The notes under the pieces were generated by a model. That model did no database searches. It was given only the letters and a program-made list of their open reading frames with translations, and was not told the origin of the DNA. 64,000 nucleotides of DNA. Source: an uncultured Chloroflexia bacterium (lineage in GTDB: Bacteria > Chloroflexota > Anaerolineae > CG2-30-64-16). The DNA lies in NCBI GenBank assembly GCA_963774265.1, contig CAVZDU010000002.1, positions 160,001 to 224,000 on the forward strand. The letters run 5' to 3'. A program made the position numbers and the translations under genes. Positions 32,727-42,336 of the stretch are shown here, piece after piece (position 1 is the first letter of the stretch; every line of letters begins with the position of its first letter).

Positions 32727-34841
32727 GTGAATCAACCCATGCAACCCATCGACACTGTTAAGCTCTCCGCTCTGATCGAGGAGCAGGAGCTGACTAAGAA
32801 AGATCTGATGACGTATCTGCGGCAGATGACCGAGATTCGCGCCCTCGAGGAGCAGATCGCCCGCCTCTTGACCAAGGCTTTGCTCAAGGGTGCTTCACAT
32901 CTCTACGCAGGTCAGGAGGCCGTCGCAGTCGGTGCGGTCGCCGCGCTCCGCAATGACGACCTGATCACATCCACCCACCGCGGCCATGGCCATGGCCACG
33001 CGCACGGAGACTCCGCGGCCAAAACCGATGAGGAGAAGCAGGCGCACTACAACAAGATGATGGCTGAAGTACTCGGAAAGTCGGGCGGCTATTGCAAGGG
33101 CAAGGGCGGTTCGATGCACATCGCGGACGTATCCCACGGCAACCTGGGCGCGACCGGGATCGTTGGTGGAAACCTTCCCGTTGCGGTCGGCGCGGGTCTC
33201 GCCCAAAAGCTCCAGGGGACCGACCGGGTAGTGGTCTGCTTCTTCGGCGACGGCGCATCGAACGAAGGCAACTTCCACGAAGCACTCAACATGGCTTCAG
33301 CGATGGATCTCCCGGTTATTTTCGTCGCCGAGAACAACCAGTACGGCATGTCGGTGCCTTGGGCCAACGTGACCAAGCTGCCGGACATCGCGTCCCGCGC
33401 ATGCGCGTACGGTATTCCTGGCGTCGTGGTCGACGGCATGGATGTAGTGCAGGTGCGCGCGGCGGTGGCCAAGGCGGCAGCGCGCGCACGACGTGGCGAA
33501 GGTCCTACCCTGATCGAAGCCAAGACGTACCGTTGGTTTGGTCACAGCCACTCGGACAATCGCGCGTATCGCACTCGAGAGGAAGAGGCGGGCTGGAAGG
33601 CGCGCGACCCACTGACCGTGCTCCAGGGCCAACTCGTCGACCTGAAGATGGCGCAGGATGGCGAGCTCGATGCGGTCGAGAAGACGGTCGAGGAAAAACT
33701 GGCAGCAGCCATGGTCTTTGCAGACGCCTCTCCTGCCCCCGATCCCAGCGAGCTGGAGACCGACGTTTTCGCGCCCCTGAAGCATACCGCTGAGGACATT
33801 CGTGCAGAGACAGATCTGCGCGCTCAGGTCCACCTCGCCGAAAAGGGCGATAAGACGACCGTCCCGATGAAAACGATCGCATACTCCCAGGCGCTGGTCG
33901 AGGCCGCGCGCGAGGAGATGCAGACAGACCCATCCGTGTTTATCATGGGTGAGGATGTGGGCCTCTACGGCGGCGCCTACGGCGCGACCCGAGGCCTCTT
34001 CGCAGAGTTCGGCGGCAACCGCGTGATTGATACGCCCATTAGCGAGGCCACCATCGGCGGTGCGGCCGTCGGCGCGGCCATGGCCGGCATGCGGCCCATC
34101 GCCGAGATCATGTACGTCGACTTCACCCCACTGGCCATGGATCAGATCGCCAACCAGGGCGCCAAGAACCGCTACATGTTCGGCGGCAAAACGAGTGTCC
34201 CGATGGTCGTGCGCACGGAGGGTGGCGCCGGCCGCGCCATCGCCGCGCACCATTCGCAAAGCCTTGAAGCGCTGTGGACCCACTTCCCCGGCATTTACGT
34301 GGTCATGCCATCAACGCCTTACGACGCCAAGGGTCTGCTGAAATCGGCAATCCGCGACGACAACCCGGTGATGTTCATCGAGCACAAGATGCTCTATAGC
34401 GTCAAAGGCCCCGTGCCGGAGCAGGATTATGTCATCCCGCTCGGCGTAGCGGACGTCAAGAGGCCCGGCAAGGATATCACCCTGGTGACCTACTCGCGCA
34501 TGGTACACCGTGGGTTGGAGGCTGCCGAGATTCTCGCCAAGGAAGGCATCGACGTTGAGTTGGTCGACCTGCGGTCGCTCAAGCCGCTCGACCTGGACAC
34601 GATCCTGACCTCCGTGAGGAAAACCGGCCGGTTGGTGGGCCTGACTGAGGCTTATGAAAACTCGAGCTTCATCAACGAAGTCATGGCGCTGGTGAACGAG
34701 AACGCCTTTGACTACCTGGATGCACCGATGGTGCGCGTTGCAGCGGCCAATGTGCCGGTTCCGCGCGCTGAGGTTCTCGAAGATCTGGCCATCCCGAACG
34801 TCAACCGTATCGTGGCCGTGTGCCGGAAGGTGGTGAGCTGA
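32727..34841 (+). CDS. 2-oxoacid/acetoin dehydrogenase E1, fused alpha and beta subunits
   Basis: HLYAGQEA, STHRGHGH, TPP motif GDGA...ENN, GEDVG, DTPISE, HSQSLE. Confidence 0.92.
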   Translation: MNQPMQPIDTVKLSALIEEQELTKKDLMTYLRQMTEIRALEEQIARLLTKALLKGASHLYAGQEAVAVGAVAALRNDDLITSTHRGHGHGHAHGDSAAKTDEEKQAHYNKMMAEVLGKSGGYCKGKGGSMHIADVSHGNLGATGIVGGNLPVAVGAGLAQKLQGTDRVVVCFFGDGASNEGNFHEALNMASAMDLPVIFVAENNQYGMSVPWANVTKLPDIASRACAYGIPGVVVDGMDVVQVRAAVAKAAARARRGEGPTLIEAKTYRWFGHSHSDNRAYRTREEEAGWKARDPLTVLQGQLVDLKMAQDGELDAVEKTVEEKLAAAMVFADASPAPDPSELETDVFAPLKHTAEDIRAETDLRAQVHLAEKGDKTTVPMKTIAYSQALVEAAREEMQTDPSVFIMGEDVGLYGGAYGATRGLFAEFGGNRVIDTPISEATIGGAAVGAAMAGMRPIAEIMYVDFTPLAMDQIANQGAKNRYMFGGKTSVPMVVRTEGGAGRAIAAHHSQSLEALWTHFPGIYVVMPSTPYDAKGLLKSAIRDDNPVMFIEHKMLYSVKGPVPEQDYVIPLGVADVKRPGKDITLVTYSRMVHRGLEAAEILAKEGIDVELVDLRSLKPLDLDTILTSVRKTGRLVGLTEAYENSSFINEVMALVNENAFDYLDAPMVRVAAANVPVPRAEVLEDLAIPNVNRIVAVCRKVVS

Positions 34842-36232
34842 TGTCAATCGAGGTCTACATCCCCAAATACGGCCAGACGGTCGAGGAAGTGAAGATCGTC
34901 CAGTGGTTCGTTGAGGATGGTGCGACGGTCAAGAAGGACCAGGAAATCCTGGAAATCGAGACCGATAAGACGACCTTCTTCGTTGAATCGGAGGCCGTGG
35001 GTGTGCTGCACCGCGGGCCGTACGCCAGCGGAGATACGGTGCCCGTCCTCGAAGTGGTCGCCATCATCGGCAAACCCGATGACAAGTTCATCGCTCACAA
35101 AGTCGGCAGCGAATCCACCGAGGTCACAACGAGCACAGAGCTTGCACGAACAACTGGCGCCACTCAGCCCTCTGAGGCCGCGGTGTCCTCTGTAGCAACC
35201 ACGGTATTCGCCTCGCCCCGAGCGCGGAAGTTAGCAAGCGAGAAGGGAGTCGACGTCACCAGGCTCACTCCCACGGGCGGTGGCGGCGCGCGTGTCGCCG
35301 AACGTGACGTTCTTGCTTATCTTGCGAGCACACCCAAGGCGACACCCCTTGCGGAAAAACTTGCTGCTGAAACCGGCATAGATCTCCGCCAAGTCACCGG
35401 CACGGGCCCCGGCGGCAAAATCACCCGCGAAGACGTCGCTGCCGCTTCCACTCCCGCGGCACCTGGCACGGTTGCGCCGCCTGCCATCTCAATGCCATCT
35501 ACGCCTGCCGCGGTTGCACTACCGCCAGCGGATGTAGTCGAGCGCATCCCCCTCAAGGGTATAAGAGCGATCATCGCAGACCGCATGGGCGCCAGCGTTC
35601 ACACCACCGCACGCGTAACCCTCGTCACCGAGGTCGACGCCACCGAGTTCGTCGCCATGCGCGAGCGGCTCAAGGCCAAGGTGAGCGAGCAATGGGGTTT
35701 CGCACCCGGCTACAACGATCTTCTTGCACTGGTAGTCGCCAAAGCGCTCCGCCAGTTCCCTTACATGAACGCACGGCTTGCGCCCGACGCGATCGAGTTG
35801 ATGGCGCACGTCAACCTGGGCATGGCTGTCGATACTGAAAAGGGCCTGCTGGTTCCCGTCATCCGCGACGCGGACGCGAAATCGCTGCGTGAGTTCGGTG
35901 CATTGTTCCGGGATCTGGTTGATCGAGCTCGCAAGGGCCGCTCCCTGCCCGACGACTTGTCCGGGGGCACGTTCACGATCACCAACCTGGGTATGCACGA
36001 CATTGACGCGTTTACACCCGTCATCAACCTGCCCGAGGCCGCGATCCTGGGTGTGGGACGCATCACCGCGAAGTGGGTTTTCAGGCCCGAGAGTCCATCT
36101 GCGCCCGTGTTGCGGCAGATGCTGACGCTCAGCCTGGTATTCGACCACCGTCTCGTCGACGGCGCTCCCGCCGCGCGCTTCCTCCAATGGATCAAGGGTG
36201 TGGTGGAAGAGCCGTACCTGCTGGTGGCGTAG
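34841..36232 (+). CDS. Dihydrolipoamide acyltransferase E2
   Basis: Lipoyl ETDK, two peripheral subunit-binding domains (ASPRARKLA, ATPLAEKLA), catalytic DHRLVDG. Confidence 0.93.
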   Translation: MSIEVYIPKYGQTVEEVKIVQWFVEDGATVKKDQEILEIETDKTTFFVESEAVGVLHRGPYASGDTVPVLEVVAIIGKPDDKFIAHKVGSESTEVTTSTELARTTGATQPSEAAVSSVATTVFASPRARKLASEKGVDVTRLTPTGGGGARVAERDVLAYLASTPKATPLAEKLAAETGIDLRQVTGTGPGGKITREDVAAASTPAAPGTVAPPAISMPSTPAAVALPPADVVERIPLKGIRAIIADRMGASVHTTARVTLVTEVDATEFVAMRERLKAKVSEQWGFAPGYNDLLALVVAKALRQFPYMNARLAPDAIELMAHVNLGMAVDTEKGLLVPVIRDADAKSLREFGALFRDLVDRARKGRSLPDDLSGGTFTITNLGMHDIDAFTPVINLPEAAILGVGRITAKWVFRPESPSAPVLRQMLTLSLVFDHRLVDGAPAARFLQWIKGVVEEPYLLVA

Positions 36233-36249
36233 GTCCAGCAACCGAAAGG

Positions 36250-36280
36250 CGCCCCCGGAGGAGAATCTCGTCCGGGGGCG
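36250..36280. terminator. Hairpin between convergent genes
   Basis: CGCCCCCGGA...TCCGGGGGCG. Confidence 0.7.
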
Positions 36281-36282
36281 TT

Positions 36283-37398
36283 CTATTTCAGGAACCGCTC
36301 AATATCCGCGACCTCAGCGGCGATGGCCGCTTCAATCTCTTGGGAAAACGGTTCGAAGGGTTCCACGGTGATCGCGACCTTACGGCCGGTGCGATTTGTA
36401 CGCCAGATGCCCAGGATGCGTCCATCCAGTAGCACCATTGCGGGCAGCATCCCACCGCCTTTGACGCACGACGCGTAGGCGCCGTCCTCGATCAGATCAC
36501 GCGTTTTGTGGCCAAGTATGTACGTATCGAATGCTGGCAAAAGCCGCACATGAGGCACGCCGCGCGGCTGCTCGTCCAGATCGGTCATGCGCGCCTCTGG
36601 AACCCAGGCGGGCCGGCCAGCTACTTCGACCTCCAGCTGGTGCGGGGTGATCGCATCCCACCCGGCGCGCAGATCGCGCACGTTGAGGCCGGACCACGCC
36701 GAGAAATCCGCCAGGGTGGCTGGTGCATAAGCCGCAAGGTACCGCTCAGCCAGGAGTCCAAGACCTTGCCGGCGCTCGCCATCCTCCGTGGGGAGGATTG
36801 GCGTGCGCAGGAGCCAGTCGCTAAGCAAGACGAAGGTTGGCTTTTCCCCTGGAACGTCTCCGCGATCAGGTCCGAAACAAACTACGCCTTCCAACGCAGC
36901 CCGGTACAGCAGGTGTCGCTCGAACCGATAACCAGCGGGGAGACCGGCTGCGGTTAGTGCCTGGACCACTTCTTCGCGCGTCGCCTGTCCGGTGCTGGCC
37001 AAATGCTCCCGAATGACCGTCAGCCCGGCGGCATATGTCGCCTCATCCAGCCCCAACTCCCCGCGCCGCCGCGCGGTCGCAGCGAGCAGCGGTGGACCCA
37101 ACACGGCAAGCAGCCACTCGACGTCGTCCGCCGGAACCAGGTGTAGCGTGCCGCGCATCAACCACGTCCAAATCACGGAGCGATTCGCCAGGCGGCTGCC
37201 TTCGCAATCGGCCAAAGCACTGCCTGGAGCGCGCACGCGCACGCCCAGCAGCGCCGCAAACAAATCCTGCGCCTGCAAGCCACATACCTGCCGCGATACA
37301 AGCCGGGCGACATCCCCTCCGCCAATCTGGTGCGGTAGGAGCGCCTGCCCTCGCATTCTCAGCCGGAGCGCCTGGTGTATTGTCAAACGGATCGCCAT
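36283..37398 (-). CDS. HTH_42 / AlkZ-like DNA glycosylase
   Basis: GLQAQD, WLMRGTLHLV, RYLAAYAPATLADFSAWSG, RLLPAFDTY. Confidence 0.85.
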   Translation of the reverse strand: MAIRLTIHQALRLRMRGQALLPHQIGGGDVARLVSRQVCGLQAQDLFAALLGVRVRAPGSALADCEGSRLANRSVIWTWLMRGTLHLVPADDVEWLLAVLGPPLLAATARRRGELGLDEATYAAGLTVIREHLASTGQATREEVVQALTAAGLPAGYRFERHLLYRAALEGVVCFGPDRGDVPGEKPTFVLLSDWLLRTPILPTEDGERRQGLGLLAERYLAAYAPATLADFSAWSGLNVRDLRAGWDAITPHQLEVEVAGRPAWVPEARMTDLDEQPRGVPHVRLLPAFDTYILGHKTRDLIEDGAYASCVKGGGMLPAMVLLDGRILGIWRTNRTGRKVAITVEPFEPFSQEIEAAIAAEVADIERFLK

Positions 37399-37444
37399 GA
37401 CTCCCTCACCTAAAGCATTGAATCGACGACCTCACCGGACAAGA

Positions 37445-37478
37445 AAAAACCACGCGGCAGCCTTGATCGCGTGGCTTT
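37445..37478 (-). terminator. Intrinsic terminator
   Basis: Minus strand CCACGCG...CGCGTGG followed by TTTTTT. Confidence 0.7.
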
Positions 37479-37505
37479 GACCTGTGCTCGTGATGTCCTG
37501 CGGCT

Positions 37506-38012
37506 CTACAGCCCCAGCACGCCCTTGATCAGATTCAGCGAGGACTGCTCCGCGTCAGATACCGCCGTCCCGCCGAACCCCAGGAATCCGCCCTCTTTCC
37601 CGGCCGCGGCCGTCTTTTGAGCGGCTTCCCAAACGAGCTGCCGGTATTCGGCCGCGGCCTCATCTCCGGCCTTGCTTTCAACGAGCGCCACAGCGTTGCG
37701 GATCGATGCCAGGCCCATCTGTTGTGCTTCCTCGAGGCTTGGCTTCTGCGCCTTCATGGCCTCTCGCCGCGCCTGGGCGATCTTCTTGAACGCTTCCTGC
37801 CGCTCCTTTGTCGCAGCCATCACTTCACTGCGAAACGCGGTTATGAACGGTGTCTTCCAGCGGTCCTCGCGCATCACTTCCAGTGCGGCACTTGCCTCTT
37901 TGGTCAGGCCGATCGGTCCCGAAAGATCAGAACTCATAATCAGGCCTGAGGCCGCGCTAGCGCCTTCCAAAACGGTGTACCAGTCTTCTGTGGTCAGATC
38001 TTTCGGATCCAT
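37506..38012 (-). CDS. Conserved hypothetical protein
   Basis: C-terminal KEGGFLGFGG..VS..E motif; AAGGA RBS. Confidence 0.75.
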   Translation of the reverse strand: MDPKDLTTEDWYTVLEGASAASGLIMSSDLSGPIGLTKEASAALEVMREDRWKTPFITAFRSEVMAATKERQEAFKKIAQARREAMKAQKPSLEEAQQMGLASIRNAVALVESKAGDEAAAEYRQLVWEAAQKTAAAGKEGGFLGFGGTAVSDAEQSSLNLIKGVLGL

Positions 38013-38014
38013 GA

Positions 38015-38383
38015 TCAGCGTCCTTTCTTCAACAGGTCGCGAATCTCAGTCAGGAGCACGACATCTGCAGGCGGCGCCGCAGTCTCGACCTTCTTGGGCC
38101 CCGAAGCCTTGTTGATCGCCTTGACGACCAGGAAGATCACAAAGCCAACGATCAGGAAATTGACGATCGCTTGAATGAACTTGCCGTACGCGACCACCGC
38201 GCTCCCCACGGTCGCCGACAGGGCAGCAAAATCGAGACCGCCCAACACGATGCCGACCAACGGCATGATGATGTCGTTAACCAGAGATGTCACGATTGCG
38301 CCGAACGCGACGGCGATTACCACCGCGACCGCCAGATCAATCACGTTCCCGCGCAAAATGAACTTCTTGAACTCACTAAGCAT
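38015..38383 (-). CDS. mscL: Large-conductance mechanosensitive channel
   Basis: [29 protein letters not shown]; GGAGG RBS; upstream TTGACA-17-CATAAT. Confidence 0.96.
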   Translation of the reverse strand: MLSEFKKFILRGNVIDLAVAVVIAVAFGAIVTSLVNDIIMPLVGIVLGGLDFAALSATVGSAVVAYGKFIQAIVNFLIVGFVIFLVVKAINKASGPKKVETAAPPADVVLLTEIRDLLKKGR

Positions 38384-38607
38384 AAGAACCTCCTGCAATC
38401 AGGGATGAGACATGCCACGGGCTCCACTCGGGGCCATGGGATGCGCGCACGACATCCCGCGCACACGCTTCAGTCACATTATGCGACTCATATGTTACCG
38501 TGTCAATTACTTTTCCACCGAAATCATCGCGGTAACCGAAATGCGACCTGAGTTGACGCACCCGGGCTCGTTGAGTTATCATGCCCGGCAAGGAGTAGAT
38601 CATTATC

Positions 38608-39525
38608 ATGGGTGAAGCGACCCCGACATCCTCCACGGCCATCCGTCGGCGCTCCCAATTCGCGCTTCTCATCAAAACGATGCGACCCAAACAGTGGACA
38701 AAGAACGTCTTCGTGTGGGCTGCTTTGGTGGCCGACGTTAAGCTGTTCCGGGTTGAGCCATTCCTGAGCACCCTCGCGGCCTTCGTTCTGTTCTGTCTGA
38801 TTTCCAGCGCGGTGTACATCATTAATGACCTCGTCGACATGCCAAAGGACCGGCTTCACCCGGAGAAGCGCACCCGGCCACTCGCATCCGGCGCGCTCAA
38901 CCCCAACATCGCCATCGTTGCCGCCATCGTAATCGTGGTGGGCTGCCTGCCCCTCGCGCTGGCCGTCAGTTGGAAACTCACAGCGATCCTTTACGGTTAC
39001 CTGCTGTTGATGATCGCGTACACTTTCTGGCTGAAGAACGTAGTTATTGTCGACGTGATGACCATCGCGGCAGGTTTCGTGCTCCGCGTCGGCGCAGGCG
39101 TGGCCGTGGTCAACGCCGAGCGGTTCTCGCCGTGGCTCTACGTCTGCATGGTGCTGCTAGCGCTCTTCCTGGGACTGGGCAAACGTCGCCAGGAGATCGT
39201 GCTGATGAATGAAAACGGCGCCAGCACGCGGAGGATCCTGGCCGAGTACAATCTCCGGTTCGTGGACGAGATGCTGTCGCTGGTGAGCGCGAGCACGGTC
39301 ATGGCCTACGCCACCTACACTTTCTCTGCGCCCAACCTGCCGCCAAACCACTCAATGATGCTGACAATCCCCTTCGTCCTCTACGGCATTCTCCGGTACT
39401 TGTATCTGATCCACGTGAAGGGGGAGACGGACCCGCCGGATGTGGTGGTGCTGAAGGATCGCCCGCTTCTGGTTGATGTCGTACTTTTCGGGGCGGTGGT
39501 GTTCCTGGTGTTCTACATACTCTAG
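38608..39525 (+). CDS. UbiA-family polyprenyl-phosphate phosphoribosyltransferase
   Basis: RPKQWTKN, YIINDLVD..DRLHPEK..RPLASG, KRRQE. Confidence 0.88.
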   Translation: MGEATPTSSTAIRRRSQFALLIKTMRPKQWTKNVFVWAALVADVKLFRVEPFLSTLAAFVLFCLISSAVYIINDLVDMPKDRLHPEKRTRPLASGALNPNIAIVAAIVIVVGCLPLALAVSWKLTAILYGYLLLMIAYTFWLKNVVIVDVMTIAAGFVLRVGAGVAVVNAERFSPWLYVCMVLLALFLGLGKRRQEIVLMNENGASTRRILAEYNLRFVDEMLSLVSASTVMAYATYTFSAPNLPPNHSMMLTIPFVLYGILRYLYLIHVKGETDPPDVVVLKDRPLLVDVVLFGAVVFLVFYIL

Positions 39526-39620
39526 AAAAAAGCTCCCTGAGCCATGAGACTCCGGGAGCCCTATAATCAAGACCCGACCTTCGAGATTTCCGAAACCTCG
39601 AAAGTTACCACCCTGCATAG

Positions 39621-42179
39621 TTACTCTGTAACCTGCTCCTGCTTGGGCTTACGAGTCCTGCGCTTGGGCGCCTGACCGATTGCCTCCGGCATGGTGCGCA
39701 CTGCATCGGGCTGTTGGGCCTTGGGTTTGCGCGGTGCACTCGATGTCGGTGCACGGGGAACTGCGTCGGGCGAGCCAGACCCTGCAACCGCCGGCGCGGT
39801 GACAGGCATTGGGACTAAATCGCCAGCCCCGCCGCTCGCGGCCGGCGCAGATTCGGGTTTTTTCTTAGTCCGTGAGCGACCACGCGGTCGAGGAGCCGCC
39901 GGTTCAGGGATCGCGGCTTCGACGTGATCCTGCGGTGGCACCGACTGAGCAAGGACTGTCGGGAGCGCTACGGCCTCGGCCTTTGGTTTGCGCGTTCGAC
40001 TACGCGGCTTCTTGGCCGCCGGAGCTTCTGGTGCGGCCGGCGCCACGACAATCTGCTCGCTCGCTGGCGCTGCGATTGTCTCGGCAGGAACCACAACAGC
40101 GCCCTCAGCTTCCTCGACCTCAGGCCGGTCGCCCTTACCCCGACCGCGACCACCGCGGCGGCCTCGCCGCGAGCGTGATTTCACAGCCGTTTCCGGCTCA
40201 CGGTCGCCATTCTCGGGGGGAGCCAGGATATCAGTTGCCTCAGGGGTTTCAGCTTCTCGCTCGTCCTCAGGTTCTTCGGCAATGACAATGAGTGGAGGAA
40301 CTGTCCCCATCTCGCCTTCAGGGCGATCTTCCTCAAGCAGGAATTGGGACCACGGGCCAGTCATGCCATCAGCAGTCACGCCATAGAAGACGCGAACCTT
40401 GCTGTCGGGCAGGCGCAGCGCCAGGTCGTAGCGAAGTTTTTTCGCGCGTCGCGCTGCCTGCCAAAGCCCAAGGTCGCCCCGCCAGGCCACATTGTCCGGA
40501 CCGTCCGGATGCGTCAGATGCTGGTTAATCGCATAGCTCCACAACTTGCGCGCGGAGTGAATCGTCACATTCTGCACTACGTTGCCATTGCGCAAATCGC
40601 GGATCGCAAAGTAGCGACCACCCTTGCGCTCTTCCATCGACACCAACTCTACGCCGATGCTCGGCAGTGGCGTGAGAGACTCCTCCTGAGGAGGTTCGAC
40701 GGCTTGTCCAGGGCGTCCTGCAGCAGGCACACGTCGGGCCGCTGCACGCTCAGGAGTCATCTTAGGGGCAGGTGCGGGCGCGGGAATCGTTGCTGGCTCT
40801 GCGGGCTCAGTCGAGACGACAGCCCTCGCCCCAGTCATCGCCGGCTCGATCTCGACAGCGCGCTGACTGGATCGCACGAGCTGAACCAACTCATCGCGCA
40901 CTGCCTCGTTCGTCTCGCTTTCCTCGCGGATGTAGACCCGCGTCTGACCGAGTGCATAGGGCTTGTCGGGGCCATTCGGGATCACTGCTCGCAGTACGGG
41001 CACGCCCTGCGTTGTCAAGAGATCCACCGCGGTGTCCAGGGGCGGCGTGACGTTGCGCTCAATCTCCTTTTTGAGTAGTTGAACCGCAAGCTCAGGCGCT
41101 TCCACGCCTTTGATCGGGCCCCTCTTGTCACCGACACCCACATAGACGGTGCCGCCACAGGTATTCGCGAATGCGACTACGTCGCAAAGCACCTTTTGCA
41201 GGCTACCGCCGTCGCGACTCATGCTCTCGTGGAACGCCTGGACGATGTTCGGGCCTTGTTCACGTGCGGTTTGAACATGGTCGAAGGGCTCTTCCGCCGG
41301 CGGCCTGTAAGGGCGCATCAACGTGAAGTCGTTTCCCTCGAGCACCGCACGTAGTGCATCGAAGCTTACGTCAGGCAGAAGAATCTCCGTCACGCGGTCC
41401 CCTACGCCCATGCGGTTCTTGTCTTTCGGGTCGCGGGCGAGCCGGTGCGCGTCGGATCCCTGTAGCAGGTGCATTCGCCTGGGATATTCGGGCTTGGAAC
41501 CGTCAAAGAAACGCAACGCGGAACGACGCGACGCGCTTTCGAGGTCGGTTACTTCAAGAGCGTGAAGATTGGCATCTTGCGTGAAGGCGATGCGCGTCTG
41601 GCCGCCGAAGCTCATGCCTTGAAGCGCGACCCCGTGAGTGGAGTTCGCGTGCGCGGCGATGACCAGGCCGCCGGCTTCCCGAATGACCCGGTAAGCCGTG
41701 ATAACGTCCGTGGTCGGACCGACCTCCGTCACGCCATCTGCGAGCCGATCCATCGGCACGAGAAGACGTAACAGGAGCAATTCCAATTTTCGGAGCGCAG
41801 TCTCGGGAGGGAAAACGCCGAGGATGTGAAAACCGAACGTGGCTGTGAACTCGAATCCCGGTAGCACCAGGATTTTATCGCCCAGGCGACGGTACTCATC
41901 TAGATCACGTCGTTCCTGCGGCCGCAAGCGGTCATTTGCCTCTAACCAAGCGAGCCGTTCAATTTCGGCGCGCAGCCTGGCTACCCCTTCCACCGTGTTG
42001 TGGTCGGTGATTGCCACAATGTCGAGGCCACGTGACTCTGCCTTCTGCAGCCACTGCAGGTAGGTACTGCCTGGTTCCAACCAGTCCGCTGACGCGGGGG
42101 TGTGCAAATGGATGTCCACCCTCCGCCAATCACCCTCAGGCGCCCGGAAGCTCCTTCTTATTCGCTTTTTTTCGGGCAC
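39621..42179 (-). CDS. PHP phosphoesterase + AlbA_2 (Schlafen-like) domain + long basic disordered tail
   Basis: PHP motifs DIHLHT, AITDHN, AAHAN, GSDAH; AlbA_2 motif VAFANTCGGTVYVGV; Arg/Pro/Glu-rich C-terminus. Confidence 0.82.
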   Translation of the reverse strand: MPEKKRIRRSFRAPEGDWRRVDIHLHTPASADWLEPGSTYLQWLQKAESRGLDIVAITDHNTVEGVARLRAEIERLAWLEANDRLRPQERRDLDEYRRLGDKILVLPGFEFTATFGFHILGVFPPETALRKLELLLLRLLVPMDRLADGVTEVGPTTDVITAYRVIREAGGLVIAAHANSTHGVALQGMSFGGQTRIAFTQDANLHALEVTDLESASRRSALRFFDGSKPEYPRRMHLLQGSDAHRLARDPKDKNRMGVGDRVTEILLPDVSFDALRAVLEGNDFTLMRPYRPPAEEPFDHVQTAREQGPNIVQAFHESMSRDGGSLQKVLCDVVAFANTCGGTVYVGVGDKRGPIKGVEAPELAVQLLKKEIERNVTPPLDTAVDLLTTQGVPVLRAVIPNGPDKPYALGQTRVYIREESETNEAVRDELVQLVRSSQRAVEIEPAMTGARAVVSTEPAEPATIPAPAPAPKMTPERAAARRVPAAGRPGQAVEPPQEESLTPLPSIGVELVSMEERKGGRYFAIRDLRNGNVVQNVTIHSARKLWSYAINQHLTHPDGPDNVAWRGDLGLWQAARRAKKLRYDLALRLPDSKVRVFYGVTADGMTGPWSQFLLEEDRPEGEMGTVPPLIVIAEEPEDEREAETPEATDILAPPENGDREPETAVKSRSRRGRRGGRGRGKGDRPEVEEAEGAVVVPAETIAAPASEQIVVAPAAPEAPAAKKPRSRTRKPKAEAVALPTVLAQSVPPQDHVEAAIPEPAAPRPRGRSRTKKKPESAPAASGGAGDLVPMPVTAPAVAGSGSPDAVPRAPTSSAPRKPKAQQPDAVRTMPEAIGQAPKRRTRKPKQEQVTE

Positions 42180-42264
42180 AGGTGTAGTTCAACACTCCTT
42201 TCTTATACATAGGGCCCGGTCCTTCAGACCGAGCCCTATCCCGGTACAATTCGTACTTAGTCCT

Positions 42265-42293
42265 ATTATGTCGATATTCGGCGCGCCTGTCAA
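42265..42293 (-). promoter_or_regulatory. Sigma70-type promoter of the PHP-AlbA_2 gene
   Basis: Minus strand TTGACA-17-CATAAT. Confidence 0.65.
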
Positions 42294-42336
42294 GTTGAGC
42301 ACATGCGCGCAGCTTGTGAAGCTGTTGAACGAGGAG

